Below are positions 9,707-19,952 of a stretch of 64,000 nt of DNA, piece by piece (positions within the stretch are counted from its first letter, which is position 1; each line of letters starts with the position of its first letter). The DNA is from Vulcanimicrobiota bacterium (lineage in GTDB: Bacteria; Vulcanimicrobiota; Vulcanimicrobiia; Vulcanimicrobiales; Vulcanimicrobiaceae). Both the position numbers and the translations under genes were made by a program. Under the pieces are notes generated by a model. That model was given only the letters and a program-made list of their open reading frames with translations. It did no database searches and was not told the DNA's origin. The stretch lies in NCBI GenBank assembly GCA_963777315.1, contig CAVZQC010000004.1:768001-832000 (forward strand), written 5' to 3'.

Positions 9707-11720
9707 CTAGCCGCCGCTTTGTCCGTTTTGATTGAAGAACGAACCGAGCTGCGACTGCAGGGATTGATACTGAGCGATCTGCGTTTCGGCTTGAACGAAC
9801 TCGGTGCGCATTGCGTCGGCCTGCATGTTGACGTTGTCTTGTATCTGCGCGATCTGCTGCTGCAGCGACTGGATGTTCGAACTGTTGGTGTTTTCGAATC
9901 CCTGCACCAATGAAACGCTCGGGATCGCCCCCAGCAGCGCGTTAGCGGTGTTCGTCGGCATGCCCGTGACGCTGGTGAGATACGTGCCCATTTGCGTGAC
10001 CAGCCCCTGCGGACCGTTGAACAGCGCCTGCACCGCGTTCGGATTGGCAGCCAACGCCTGCTGCAGTTGCTGCACGTTGAGCGGCTGCAATTGGCCGTCG
10101 GTTCCGGCCATGGTCTGCGTGCTGATCTGTTGGGTGGAAGCGCCCGTCGCATCCGACGACGTGTTCTGCGCCAGCTCGCTGAAGGAACTGGTCAGGTCCA
10201 GTCCGATTGCCGAGAGCGAACTATAGGCTCCGCCGTTGGGATTGAACGCCGTGACCATCTGCACGAGTTCGTTCTTGATCGAATTCACGTCGGCATTGTT
10301 GTACAGAACGCCTCCGCCGACCGGCGTAGAAGGAGCGCCCATGCCGGTTCCGGCCGGCGACGTGGGAACGACCGGGGGCGCCGTCGCGCTGTTGATTTCG
10401 TTGATGGCGGCGTTATACGCCGAAACGAACGTGTTGAGCGCGCTGACCAGCGACGAGCTGTCCTGCGTGACCGTAATTTGGAAGGGCGAAGCGGCCGCTC
10501 CGGTGACGTTGATCTGCACGCCCGGTATCGCGGTGGTGACCGCATTGCTGCTGCTGTAGATCGTTTGCGGAGGTCCCCCGCCGTTCTGAACCGTGACGGA
10601 GGCTTGTTTGCCGATGGACGTGGTTGCGCCGCCGGCCGTGGTCAGTCCGGTGGCGCTCAGGAAATTGCTGCTGTCCGACCCCGAGCCCAAGACGATGGAC
10701 TGAGGTCCGGTATTCTTGTTCGTGAGCGTGATTTGCCCGGTCGACGCGTTATACGAGGCGACGACGCCTGCGTTGGATTGATTGATGCGCGTGAGCACCG
10801 AGGCCAGGTTGTCCGCAGACTGCATTGACGGAAATCTGAACGCCGTTGATGGTGAAGACGCCGCTTGTGACCGCGGTGGCATAATTCGCGTTCGTGCTTT
10901 GGCCAAGCGCGTTGGTCGAATTGAACGCCGGCGCCTGATTGATGCCGCCGACGCCGGCCGTGGCAACGACCGAGCCGGACGACGCGCCGTTGTTGACCTG
11001 CGCGGAATCCAGTCTAAGCACTTGCAGCAGGTTACCGGAGTCGCCAGGAGCGCCCAAAGAAATGGGGCGGCTCGAATCCGAGATCTGCACGGCGCCGCCC
11101 ACCAACTGCATGGTGAATCCGGCATCGCCGGCAGCGTGCTCGGCAGTGTTGACGTTGGCGATAATCGTGTTGAGCGAGTCGGTCGTTACGTTGTAGGAAA
11201 CGGTTACACCGTTTATCGTGACCGAACCGGTTGCGCCGGCTCCGTTGCTGGGAGTGATCGCGGCCCATGAATCGCTCAGGGGCACGTCGGCGCCGGAGGC
11301 CGTCGTTCCCGGCATCGAGTCGGTGATGGCGTGACCCATACCGGCGGCTCCCAAGACCTGCGTTGCCGTTGCAAGCGTCGTTCCGTCGATGGTATAAGTT
11401 CCCGGAGCGGCGCTCGCGCCAGGAATGCCTTGAGCGCCGGCATCGGCGGGATCGCTCGAGACCGCACCCACCGCGTTATAGCCGTCGGGCTGCGACAAAG
11501 CCGTGAGCGCGTTCTGCACGGACGCCAGCATCCCGTTGATCTTGATCAGCTCGCTGTTGGCGGCATTGAGCGTCGCAATCTGCGCGTTGAGCGAGACGGT
11601 CGGCTGCAGCGAGAGCGAGGTCAGCTTCTGGATGATCGAATTGTAGTCGATTCCGGAAACGATGCCCGGAAAAGAAACGGGCGGCACATTGTAGCCGGGA
11701 ACGCTTGAAGTGCTGGACAT
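9707..11720 (-). CDS. fliD: Flagellar filament cap FliD; apparent +1 frameshift at ~10820
   Basis: N-terminal GIVSGIDYNSIIQKL in ORF 10749..11720; C-terminal FVSAYN and QIAQYQSLQSQL in ORF 9707..11125; removing one base gives ISVNA-SADNL. Confidence 0.88.
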
Positions 11721-11728
11721 TATCGTTC

Positions 11729-12067
11729 CTACGCGTTCCTATCCAGCGCTACGCCGCTGTGCTTGTCGAAAAATTGAGCCATCTGCACGACCATCTCAGA
11801 GGGAACCTGTGCTATTTCCTCGCCCGTATGCGGATCCGTGAAGACCATGACGATCATGTTGGGATCGTGCTCGACGCGGTATCGCACGTCGACCGTTACC
11901 GGCTGCGCGGGATGGCCCTGTGAGAAAATCTTTGCGATCACCGGAGCGAGTGCGTCGCCGTTCGGCGCCGCGGCGAATTGCTCCGATTGAGCGGTGCCGG
12001 CATACGGAACCGCAGCCGGGGGCGTCTGTTGCAGCACTGCGGCGGCGGCAACGCCTTGAACGTCCAT
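11729..12067 (-). CDS. flaG: FlaG family protein
   Basis: VFTDPHTGEEIAQVPSEMVV..GVALDRNA; directly upstream of fliD. Confidence 0.85.
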   Translation of the reverse strand: MDVQGVAAAAVLQQTPPAAVPYAGTAQSEQFAAAPNGDALAPVIAKIFSQGHPAQPVTVDVRYRVEHDPNMIVMVFTDPHTGEEIAQVPSEMVVQMAQFFDKHSGVALDRNA

Positions 12068-12089
12068 GTTAGGCCTCCTACTCCTTTAG

Positions 12090-12117
12090 TGTTCGGCCTT
12101 GCGCAGGCGGCAGTTTA
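12090..12117 (-). promoter_or_regulatory. Sigma28 (FliA/SigD)-like promoter for flaG-fliDS
   Basis: TAAA-N16-GCCGAACA upstream of GGAGG RBS. Confidence 0.65.
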
Positions 12118-13965
12118 GGCTCCCACGCGGGCTTGCGAGGCAGCCGCGTAGGCCCGCACGGTGGTCGCCAGCGCAGCCCTTGGATCGCAGGAAGCGAGGA
12201 CGCGCCGAGCACACTCGGCGAGCGCGCGCGGACGTTCGCCTGCCGCCATCCACGCATCGCCCAGGGCGATCGCTATAGAGGCGGTATCCCGCGGATCCGC
12301 CTGCCACGTGCCCGCTCCCCATTGGCAGGCGTAGCCGGAAGAAATGGCCGCAGCGCACCCGCTCGCGATCGCTTCGGCGATGCGCCGCAGACCAAAGCGC
12401 ACGTAACCGACGTCCGCAAACACGCGTGCGCTGCGGTACAGCGCCGCTCTGACGGCGGGATCGGGCTCGGGAACGAACAGCGTTCGTTCGTCGGCGAACG
12501 CAGCCAGGTGCCGGCGGTACCGTTCGTCGCGAACGGGGCCCGCGATCACCAGCGGCAAACCGGCCTGCGCGGCCGCCCGCACGAGCAGAAATTGGTTGGC
12601 GCGCGGCTCGACCGGCGCATGCGCGAGCACGAAATCCGACGTTCCGACCAAACGTTCGATGCAAGCCGGAGCAGCGGACCTTTCCAGATATGCGGGCGCG
12701 TGCAGCACCGGCCCGTTAAAGCCGCAACTGCGCACGAGCTGCGCTTCATCCGTACCGGCGGTTATCACGGCGTCGGCTCGAGCCAACACCTCGCGCAGGC
12801 TGCGCTCGTATCCCGCAAACGGTTCGCCGTGCGACTGCGGCGCGGCCAGCCGGTCCTCGATGGAGATTTCATCTTCGGCGCGTTCGATCGCAGCGGTCGA
12901 GATTGCGGCTTGCCACGAACTTTGCGCGACGACGTCCGGCAGCCCAGCGGTAACGACCAGAGCAGTATCCGCCGCGCGCGCCCGCGCCGACAGCGCCGCA
13001 AGTCCCTGCGGCACCGCAAGCGTGAAAGCGTGCACGAGGTCATAGGCGCCGGGATCGCAGGCCGAAGCGAAACACACGTCGACGGTAAACCCTTCTTCGC
13101 GCAGTCGCCCTGCAAGCGTTTGCGCATCGTCGGAATCGGCATCGGGTGCGGCTTGCCAGTCGTCGCGCAGCGCAATGGCAATGCGGCCCGAGGAGCCACC
13201 GTGCGCGCGAACGTCGATCGCGAAAGCGGGCCGTACCGTTCGACGGACCGAGCACTCCACATGGAAACTGCGCCTTACCGCGTCCAGCTCCACACGAATG
13301 CCCGCGGGCCCGGCATCCGCACCGATTGCGACATCGTACTCGCCCTCCAGCGGTGAAAATATCGCCGTCGCGTACCAGCGTGCGGCCAGGGCGTTGCGCT
13401 GGGGATCGCCCAAGTCCGCGCGCACGTGCGCCGCGTGGCGCGCGAGCATCAGCGCTCCGCACGCTCCGTTCTCGTCGGCGATTCCGACGCGGCGATCGGT
13501 CGCAAAACGGGCCGCATGCATGTAGGCCGCGGCATCTTCACACACCAAGCGATACGCAGCGGCTCCCAGAAAGCGATTGCGCCGTGCCCGTTCGAACAAG
13601 GCGGCGCCGTCCCCGCGAAAAAAGCGCACGGCTTCTTCATCGAGCCGGCGCGCTTGGATCCATGGCAGGAGCGCGGCCTCGAGCGCGGCGGCTTGCTCGT
13701 GCGACACGCAATGCGCATACGCCGCAGGCCATACCAGTGCAGAGAGTTCGGGATACTCGAGCATTTCGGGAACGATTTCGATCCGCGGTACGACCGCAAC
13801 GTTCTCCCCGTCGAAAAACACCAGATCCATGGCCGCCGGCTCATCTGCGCGCTCATCGATAGGCTCGATCCGTGCAACGGTCAACGTCTGCGCGTTCAGG
13901 CTCACGCGTCCGTGCGACCACTGCGCGAAGTGCGTGAATGCTGGATGGCGCCGATGCGTTCTCAT
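12115..13965 (-). CDS. Multidomain glycosyltransferase (C-terminal GT4/GT-B-like domain)
   Basis: VEPRANQFLLVRAA..LPLVIAGP, LYRSARVF..FGLRRIAEAIASGC resemble GT4; degenerate N-terminal domain. Confidence 0.65.
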   Translation of the reverse strand: MRTHRRHPAFTHFAQWSHGRVSLNAQTLTVARIEPIDERADEPAAMDLVFFDGENVAVVPRIEIVPEMLEYPELSALVWPAAYAHCVSHEQAAALEAALLPWIQARRLDEEAVRFFRGDGAALFERARRNRFLGAAAYRLVCEDAAAYMHAARFATDRRVGIADENGACGALMLARHAAHVRADLGDPQRNALAARWYATAIFSPLEGEYDVAIGADAGPAGIRVELDAVRRSFHVECSVRRTVRPAFAIDVRAHGGSSGRIAIALRDDWQAAPDADSDDAQTLAGRLREEGFTVDVCFASACDPGAYDLVHAFTLAVPQGLAALSARARAADTALVVTAGLPDVVAQSSWQAAISTAAIERAEDEISIEDRLAAPQSHGEPFAGYERSLREVLARADAVITAGTDEAQLVRSCGFNGPVLHAPAYLERSAAPACIERLVGTSDFVLAHAPVEPRANQFLLVRAAAQAGLPLVIAGPVRDERYRRHLAAFADERTLFVPEPDPAVRAALYRSARVFADVGYVRFGLRRIAEAIASGCAAAISSGYACQWGAGTWQADPRDTASIAIALGDAWMAAGERPRALAECARRVLASCDPRAALATTVRAYAAASQARVGA

Positions 13966-15713
13966 GCCGGCACTTCGCGCAGCAGATACCGGCGCAACCC
14001 GCTCGGGCTGGCATCGCGCAGATCCTCGATGCGGACGTGCCGCGCCCGCGCTGTCGCAGCAATCCGGCCGTCGTCGTCCGTTTGTTCGCTCACGTCGATG
14101 TCGGCGACGGTATGCAACTCCATGCCCGCGCGCTGAGCGAAGCGTTCCAACCGCGCACCGATCGTCTGCGCCGGCAGATCCCCTAGTGCTGCAATGGCCA
14201 GCAGCACCGCATGGTCCGCGTCGAAGGCGCGCAGATAGCGGCCCGCAAAAGCGCCGACGCGGTTCCAGTCGCTTTCATCGCGCACCGTGGCGGTAAACAC
14301 GACGTCATACGTCCGATCCTCCCGGGCCTGCGGCTGCCGGGGCAATGCAACGTAATGAAGGTCGCGAACGAAGCCGCGCCGGATGGCCGGCCCGGGGACG
14401 TAGCCGCCGCCCTGCCGTATTTGCGGAAGATCCCATTTGGCGGCGAACTTGAGCCAGTTCTCGCGCATCGTCGCGGTCCAGTCGATCTTGTTGGCCGCAA
14501 AGGTCTGGGAACCGAAGTGGTGGATGAACACGTCGTCGCAAACGTAGATGCGATAGCCGGCAGCGCGCACGCGCAAACAGAAATCGTCGTCCTCGAAATT
14601 GCCGATGCCGAACCGCTCGTCGATTCCGCCGATCTCCTCGACGACGCGCCGATCGATGCACAAACACAAACCGATCGCGCGGTCGGTCATGTAGCCTCGA
14701 TCGCGATACCGCTCTCGCCTGGCGGCCGCAAAACGGTGCATCTGCGCCATGTCGGCGTATGCAGCGCCGATGACGATCTGATCGCCCGCTATCTTGTTGC
14801 TGCGCGGGGCCGACACCCCAAGTCCGGGAACTCGCTCGAATGCGCCGAGCAGGCCGTCGAGCCAGCCTGCCGTCACCACCACGTCGTTGTTGAGTAAAAC
14901 GATGTAGTCGCCGCGAGCCGCCGCGATCGCTTGATTATTGCCGCCCGCGAACCCGCGATTGGTCGGATTGAAGATCACGCGCACGCCGGTGAGCGTCTTG
15001 AGCCAGTCCACGGTCTCCGCGCGCGAACCGTTGTCGACGACGATCACCTCATAGTTGCCGCTCGTGTGCGAACGGATCGATTCCAGGGCGAGCTTGGTAA
15101 ATTCCGGCGCGTTCCAGCTGAGCATGACTATCGATACCAGTCCGCGCTGCACCGGCTGTGCGCTGCGCGCCCGTTCGATCGGCTCGGCGCTCGTGCCGCC
15201 GGTGCGCGTGACGATTCCGCGCTGGACGGCGCCCGCGAGCAGCTCCGAAACGGCCGCATCGAGCGAGCCGCACTCACGCAGTCGCTCGTGCTGGGGAAAC
15301 TGGGCGAGCGCGAGCAGGGTGCAGCACGCATTTGCGCAGGATGCGGCGCCTACCGCCGGCGAGCATTCGACCTGGGCGATCAGTTCGTCGAGCCAGCCTT
15401 CGCTCAGCGCGCTGCCCGCGCGCACCAGCGCGAGGTACCGATCGCCGCGAATCTCCATTTCCGCGCGAACCGCCGCTATCGCTTCGGAGGATCGCGCGAA
15501 GACTATGCGCTTGACCGGCGCGCGGTTGGCCTCGAGCGTCCGCGCGAAAGCGGCTCGATCGAACGGCGCCGGCTCACCGTGGCACACGATCGTCGTTTGC
15601 GGAATGTCGAACGTGTCGTATACGGCTGCGCCGCGCGGCATGCGCACGCAGCGGCGAATGGTGCCTTGCTCGATGTAGCGCAGTTGCTCGGCGGGTTCCA
15701 CGCGCACAATCAT
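13962..15713 (-). CDS. Glycosyltransferase family 2
   Basis: VSIVMLSWN, EVIVVDNGS, NRGFAGGNNQ, LLNNDV, GNFEDDDFCLR; start MIVRVE overlaps upstream stop. Confidence 0.88.
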   Translation of the reverse strand: MIVRVEPAEQLRYIEQGTIRRCVRMPRGAAVYDTFDIPQTTIVCHGEPAPFDRAAFARTLEANRAPVKRIVFARSSEAIAAVRAEMEIRGDRYLALVRAGSALSEGWLDELIAQVECSPAVGAASCANACCTLLALAQFPQHERLRECGSLDAAVSELLAGAVQRGIVTRTGGTSAEPIERARSAQPVQRGLVSIVMLSWNAPEFTKLALESIRSHTSGNYEVIVVDNGSRAETVDWLKTLTGVRVIFNPTNRGFAGGNNQAIAAARGDYIVLLNNDVVVTAGWLDGLLGAFERVPGLGVSAPRSNKIAGDQIVIGAAYADMAQMHRFAAARRERYRDRGYMTDRAIGLCLCIDRRVVEEIGGIDERFGIGNFEDDDFCLRVRAAGYRIYVCDDVFIHHFGSQTFAANKIDWTATMRENWLKFAAKWDLPQIRQGGGYVPGPAIRRGFVRDLHYVALPRQPQAREDRTYDVVFTATVRDESDWNRVGAFAGRYLRAFDADHAVLLAIAALGDLPAQTIGARLERFAQRAGMELHTVADIDVSEQTDDDGRIAATARARHVRIEDLRDASPSGLRRYLLREVPA

Positions 15714-17729
15714 GCGAGTGCGCTTTCCGCCACGCGTTTGGCTTCGTCCAAGCGTCCCAAACGCAGATACAAACTCGCCAGTTCCACCGCTACCCGCTGT
15801 TTGCCGACTCCCAGTGCGCTGCACAGCAGCGTTTCGGCTTCCGAACTGCGGTCGAGCGATTCCAGCAGCGACGCTTTGACCAAAACCGCGTCGACGTTGA
15901 GCGCTCCCGCCTGCAGGACGCGTTCGATCGCCTCGAGCGCCTGCGCGGGATTGCCCGTTTCACGCAGGATGGCCGCGCGTAAAAACCATGGACCGTCTCC
16001 GACTGCGGGATCGGTAATGGCATCCAGATGCCGCAGCGCTTCTTCTTTGCGATCCAGATTCGCGCACGCCAGTGCGGCGTAATACCCGAAGCGGCCGTCG
16101 CCCGGGTGCAGCCGCACGCCCTCGCATGCCGTCTCGAGCGCGTCTTCGTAGCGCTTGGCCGCAAACGCTTGGCTCATGCGCTCGAACCGCTCGCCGGCCT
16201 CCCCGCGGTTCTTCTCCAGCGCATCGAGCGCGCGCGCGGCATCCTGCGAATCGGGTGCGATTCGGCACGCCTCCACGACGAATCGCTCGCCATCGGGCCA
16301 ACCGTTTTGGCGGCAGACGTAGGCCGCTGCCAACAGCATGGATACTGCGGTTTCTTTGGAGAGAGCGCTTGCGGTGCGGTCGATGAGCGCCACCGCTTCG
16401 CGTTCCTTTTTGTGACGCAGCAGGTAATTGACCAGGTTGACGGCGGACAGTTCGTCGCCGAAGTCTTCGTACAGCGAGCGAAATGCCGCCTCGGCTTCGG
16501 CAGGACGGTTCAACCGCTCCAAAGCGCTCGCGCGATTCAGGCGCAGCGGCTGTATCGCCGGACGGTTCGACAGTCCGCGTTCGAACCACTCGAGCGCCTG
16601 CGCGTCGTCGCCTTGCTGCACGTAGGTGCTGCCGATTTCGCACTGCGCTTTCCAGGCCGACACCTCGTCGTCGACGACGAACTGGCGATCGATGAAGTCG
16701 CCGTCTTCGATCGCCTTGCGATACATGTCGCGCGCGCTCTGCAAGTCGTTCATCAAAAAATACGCCTTGCCGGCCGAGAAATGCGCGTTCGCGTATCGCG
16801 GCGCTCGCTCGATGCAGAGCTGCGCGTCAGCTCAAGCCTTTCTCGGGCATTCCAAGGTGCTCGCTGTAGATGTCGGCGAGCATCTGCAGGCCGTTTGGCG
16901 TGAACGCCCGCATGCCGTGTTGCTTACACAACTCCCACATGCGCTCGAAGCCTTGGGCCGCGCGGGTTTGGTCGCCGCCCAAATGGGCGGTCATTCCCAA
17001 ATTGTACCAATGGAACGCATCGTCGGGATTCTCGGCCAGGGTCTGCTCGATGATTCGCATGTTGCGAGCGTACTTGTCGCGGGCACTGACCACTTCTTCG
17101 AGATAGCCGTGGTGCAGGATTTTGATTGGCGCGGTCACCGCGTCCATCGATACGGCGCTGCCGTCGACGCTGGGAAACTCGTGGATGGCCCCGCAGAAAC
17201 GAATGCGTTCGTGGTTTGGAAACAGCCTCACGATCGCGTGCGAGATCGTTCCGCCGCCGCGGTAGCGGTTGGACGAGTTCGCGCACCGCAGCCATACGCC
17301 GGTCAGATGTGCGGGCGCCGTTTTGAGCTGCTCGAGCGCGGGCAAGGATTCCGCCAGCAGCTCCTCGTCGGCATCGAGTTGAAAAATCCAGCGTTTCGTC
17401 GCCATTACGAGGGCTTGATTGCGCGCCCACGCAAAGTCGTTGCGCCATTCGCGCCGCTCGATGCGCGCGCCGAACTGCCGGGCGATGTCGACCGTGCGAT
17501 CGGTCGAACCGGTGTCGACGACGTTGATTTCGTCGACGATGCCTGCCGCGCTGGCAAGACATCGTTCCAAAAATCGCTCTTCGTTGCGGACGATCATGCA
17601 CAAGCTTAAGCCCGCAGGACGCTGAAGCCAATCCTTCGGAGGGACCGGCAGTCCAAACGGCGGCACGGCGTGCGCCGGCGGAGAGGCCGGGGGCGCGCAC
17701 GTGCCCTGCGTGCGTACGCGTATAGGCAT
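15710..17729 (-). CDS. GT2 + TPR-repeat glycosyltransferase (flagellin-glycosylation type); apparent +1 frameshift at ~16828
   Basis: LSLCMIVRNEERFLERCL, VDTGSTDRT, DFAWARN, LDADE, then TPRs; removing one base joins KGLS-YAQLCIERAPRYANAHF to ORF 15710..16756. Confidence 0.85.
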
Positions 17730-17755
17730 CGGTTTAGTGTTCGGCTGCGGGAATG

Positions 17756-17786
17756 AAAAACGAGAGGTCGCCGGAGCGGCCTCTCG
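17756..17786 (-). terminator. Intrinsic terminator after fliC
   Basis: 11-bp stem CGAGAGGCCGC/GCGACCTCTCG (one mismatch) with a 4-nt loop followed by TTTTT on the minus strand. Confidence 0.8.
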
Positions 17787-17810
17787 CTTGCACGGGTGCG
17801 TGTCCGGCTA

Positions 17811-19031
17811 TTAGCGGAACAGACCCAAGACCGACTGCGCGTTCGCGTTCGACTGCGCCAGGACCGAGGTGCCGACTTGCACCAGGACCTGAAGCTTCGT
17901 GAACTCGCTGGTGGCTTGACCCACGTTGAGATCGCGAATCGCCGATTCGGACGCCTGGAGATTGACCGACGCCACGTTGTCGTTGTTCGCATCTTCGTTG
18001 AGGCGAACGATGACCGCGCCGAGTTGCGCCCGCTGGTTGAGCAGCGTGTTGAGCGCGTTGTCGACCGTGCCGATGGCATCTTCGGCCGCGAGCACGCCCG
18101 CGGACGTGTTGGCCACGTTGATGTTCGAGACGCGAAGCGTCTGCGCGTTCGTGGCTTGAATGCCGATCTGCACCGTGTCGCCTTCGTTGGCGCCGGATTG
18201 AATCGTCAACGGACCCGACGGAGAGCTGCTCGCCGCTACCGCTTGGCTGACTTTGATGTACGCCGTGGTTCCGGCATCGGCCAGCGTGACGTTTCCGACC
18301 GTGATGGCCAGACCGTCGACGGTGATCGTCCCATTTCCGGCCAAAGCGCTCGTGTAGACGTCTGCGCCCACGTTCGTGCTGCTGCTGGAGAAGAACGAAA
18401 CCTGAACCGCGACCGAGGTGCTGCTGGTGTTGATGACCTGCAGTTCGATCGTGCCGTCCACCGCGCCGTTGGTCGTCGTGTCGAAATTCGCCGTTTGGCT
18501 TACCGACGCAACGAGGTTGCCTTGGCCGGCGGCGCCGGCGCTGGCGAGCACTGCGTTGTTCGTGATGTTGTACGAGGCATCGACGTACGGCTGGAAGCCG
18601 GCGTGGCTGCCGTCGAGGAGCGGCTGTCCGTTGAAGTTGGTTCCCTGCGAAATGCGGTTCACTTCCAAGAGCAGCTGCGAGATCTCAGCCTGAAGGTTCT
18701 GATTGTCCGACGGGCTGTTGATCGAGTTGGACGCTTCGACCGACAAGCTGCGAATGCGCTGCAGAATGTCGGTTTCGCTCGCCAGGGCGCCGTCTGCAAC
18801 CTGCGCGGCGTTGTTCGCGTCTTGAACGTTCTGCGAAGCCTGCTGAAACGCGTCGACTTGCGTTTGCAGATTCGTCGCGATGGCAAGACCCGACGGATCG
18901 TCGGCTGCAGAGTTGATACGCAGGCCGCTGGACAGCTGCGTCACCAAGTTCTTTAAGGTCGATTGATTGTTGTCCAGGTTGTACTGGACGCTATTGGCCA
19001 ACAAGTTGTTGGCGATGCTGAGTCCTTGCAT
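17811..19031 (-). CDS. fliC: Flagellin
   Basis: LSSGLRINSAADDPSGLAI, TNFNGQPLLDGS, RAQLGA, ASESAIRD, VLAQSN. Confidence 0.97.
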   Translation of the reverse strand: MQGLSIANNLLANSVQYNLDNNQSTLKNLVTQLSSGLRINSAADDPSGLAIATNLQTQVDAFQQASQNVQDANNAAQVADGALASETDILQRIRSLSVEASNSINSPSDNQNLQAEISQLLLEVNRISQGTNFNGQPLLDGSHAGFQPYVDASYNITNNAVLASAGAAGQGNLVASVSQTANFDTTTNGAVDGTIELQVINTSSTSVAVQVSFFSSSSTNVGADVYTSALAGNGTITVDGLAITVGNVTLADAGTTAYIKVSQAVAASSSPSGPLTIQSGANEGDTVQIGIQATNAQTLRVSNINVANTSAGVLAAEDAIGTVDNALNTLLNQRAQLGAVIVRLNEDANNDNVASVNLQASESAIRDLNVGQATSEFTKLQVLVQVGTSVLAQSNANAQSVLGLFR

Positions 19032-19090
19032 GTTTCCTCCATGATCACACGCATGTGTGAATGACTAGTCCGGGGAGACTTCCTGTCCCC
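19032..19090 (-). promoter_or_regulatory. fliC 5' UTR with putative CsrA binding sites
   Basis: Hairpin GGGGAC-AGGAA-GTCTCC with GGA in the loop, plus ATGGAGGA overlapping the SD. Confidence 0.7.
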
Positions 19091-19100
19091 TTCGTAGATG

Positions 19101-19127
19101 ATATCGGCCGCTATCCGACCGACTTTA
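19101..19127 (-). promoter_or_regulatory. Sigma28 promoter of fliC
   Basis: TAAA-N15-GCCGATAT consensus match; the -35 overlaps the csrA stop codon. Confidence 0.9.
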
Positions 19128-19400
19128 GGAGAGCTCTTTAGGATTTTTCGGCGGCTTCTTACGCGCCTGAAGGGCCGCGCGTCCGACGGCTGACGCTCGC
19201 TCCTCACCCGTGGAGGCGACCTCGGCTGCAGTGCGGTTGGTGCGCTGGATCTCTTCGTATATTTCGGAGCGGTGAACCGCTATTTCCCTGGGCGCTTCGA
19301 TGCCGAGCTTGACTTGGTCGCGATCGACGGCCACCACGACAACGCGGACGTTGTCGCCGACCATGATCGATTGGTTGACTTTGCGGCTTAGGACTAGCAT
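19125..19400 (-). CDS. csrA: Carbon storage regulator CsrA (long, FliW-regulated type)
   Basis: MLVLSRKVNQSIMVGD..VKLGIEAPREIAVHRSEIYEEIQRTN with C-terminal extension. Confidence 0.97.
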   Translation of the reverse strand: MLVLSRKVNQSIMVGDNVRVVVVAVDRDQVKLGIEAPREIAVHRSEIYEEIQRTNRTAAEVASTGEERASAVGRAALQARKKPPKNPKELS

Positions 19401-19448
19401 CGGTGCCCTCCTTGGCGTGCTTGACGGCCTTAGGCTGACACAGCGGTT

Positions 19449-19934
19449 CTACGCGGGCTGCGCTGCGCCTTGCTCCAGCGGGGCCTTGCGCGGAATCGGG
19501 GTGCGCACGGAGTAACCGCAGTTCTCCATCATCACCTGACGAGCGCGCCGGGTCTTCAAATTGACGACCACGGGCGCGAGCAGGTTCATCGTCATGTCTG
19601 CCGCGTCTTTGGTGACCACGACGATGCACAGCAGCGTGAAGTCCTCCGCACTGCGCACATCCAGCGTTTCGGTAGCGTAAGCCGGCATGCGAGGCTCGTA
19701 ATCCGCAAAAAACTGCCACGGATCGGCCGCCGGCAGAGCGACGCCAGGATCGTCGATCGACTGCAGCCACACGAAGCCCGGCTGCTCGTCCAACGACAGC
19801 GCCAGGAAGCGCCGCAGATCCGAAAAGCCGGGGATTCCCCACGGAAACTCGATCTCGTCGGTTTGAGCGAAGGATACTTCCCCAAAGCGCGAGGTCGCGA
19901 TCGTGTTCTGGTGGGGCTCCATCGTGGCTTGCAT
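19449..19934 (-). CDS. fliW: Flagellar assembly factor FliW
   Basis: TSRFGEV, FPWGIPGF, WLQS, MTMNLLAPVVVN..RARQV. Confidence 0.95.
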   Translation of the reverse strand: MQATMEPHQNTIATSRFGEVSFAQTDEIEFPWGIPGFSDLRRFLALSLDEQPGFVWLQSIDDPGVALPAADPWQFFADYEPRMPAYATETLDVRSAEDFTLLCIVVVTKDAADMTMNLLAPVVVNLKTRRARQVMMENCGYSVRTPIPRKAPLEQGAAQPA

Positions 19935-19952
19935 ACCTCCGGTTTTCCTTTG

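Noticed and set aside
9707..11720. Two separate fliD genes or programmed frameshifting
   Set aside because: A single extra base explains the split and there is no slippery sequence
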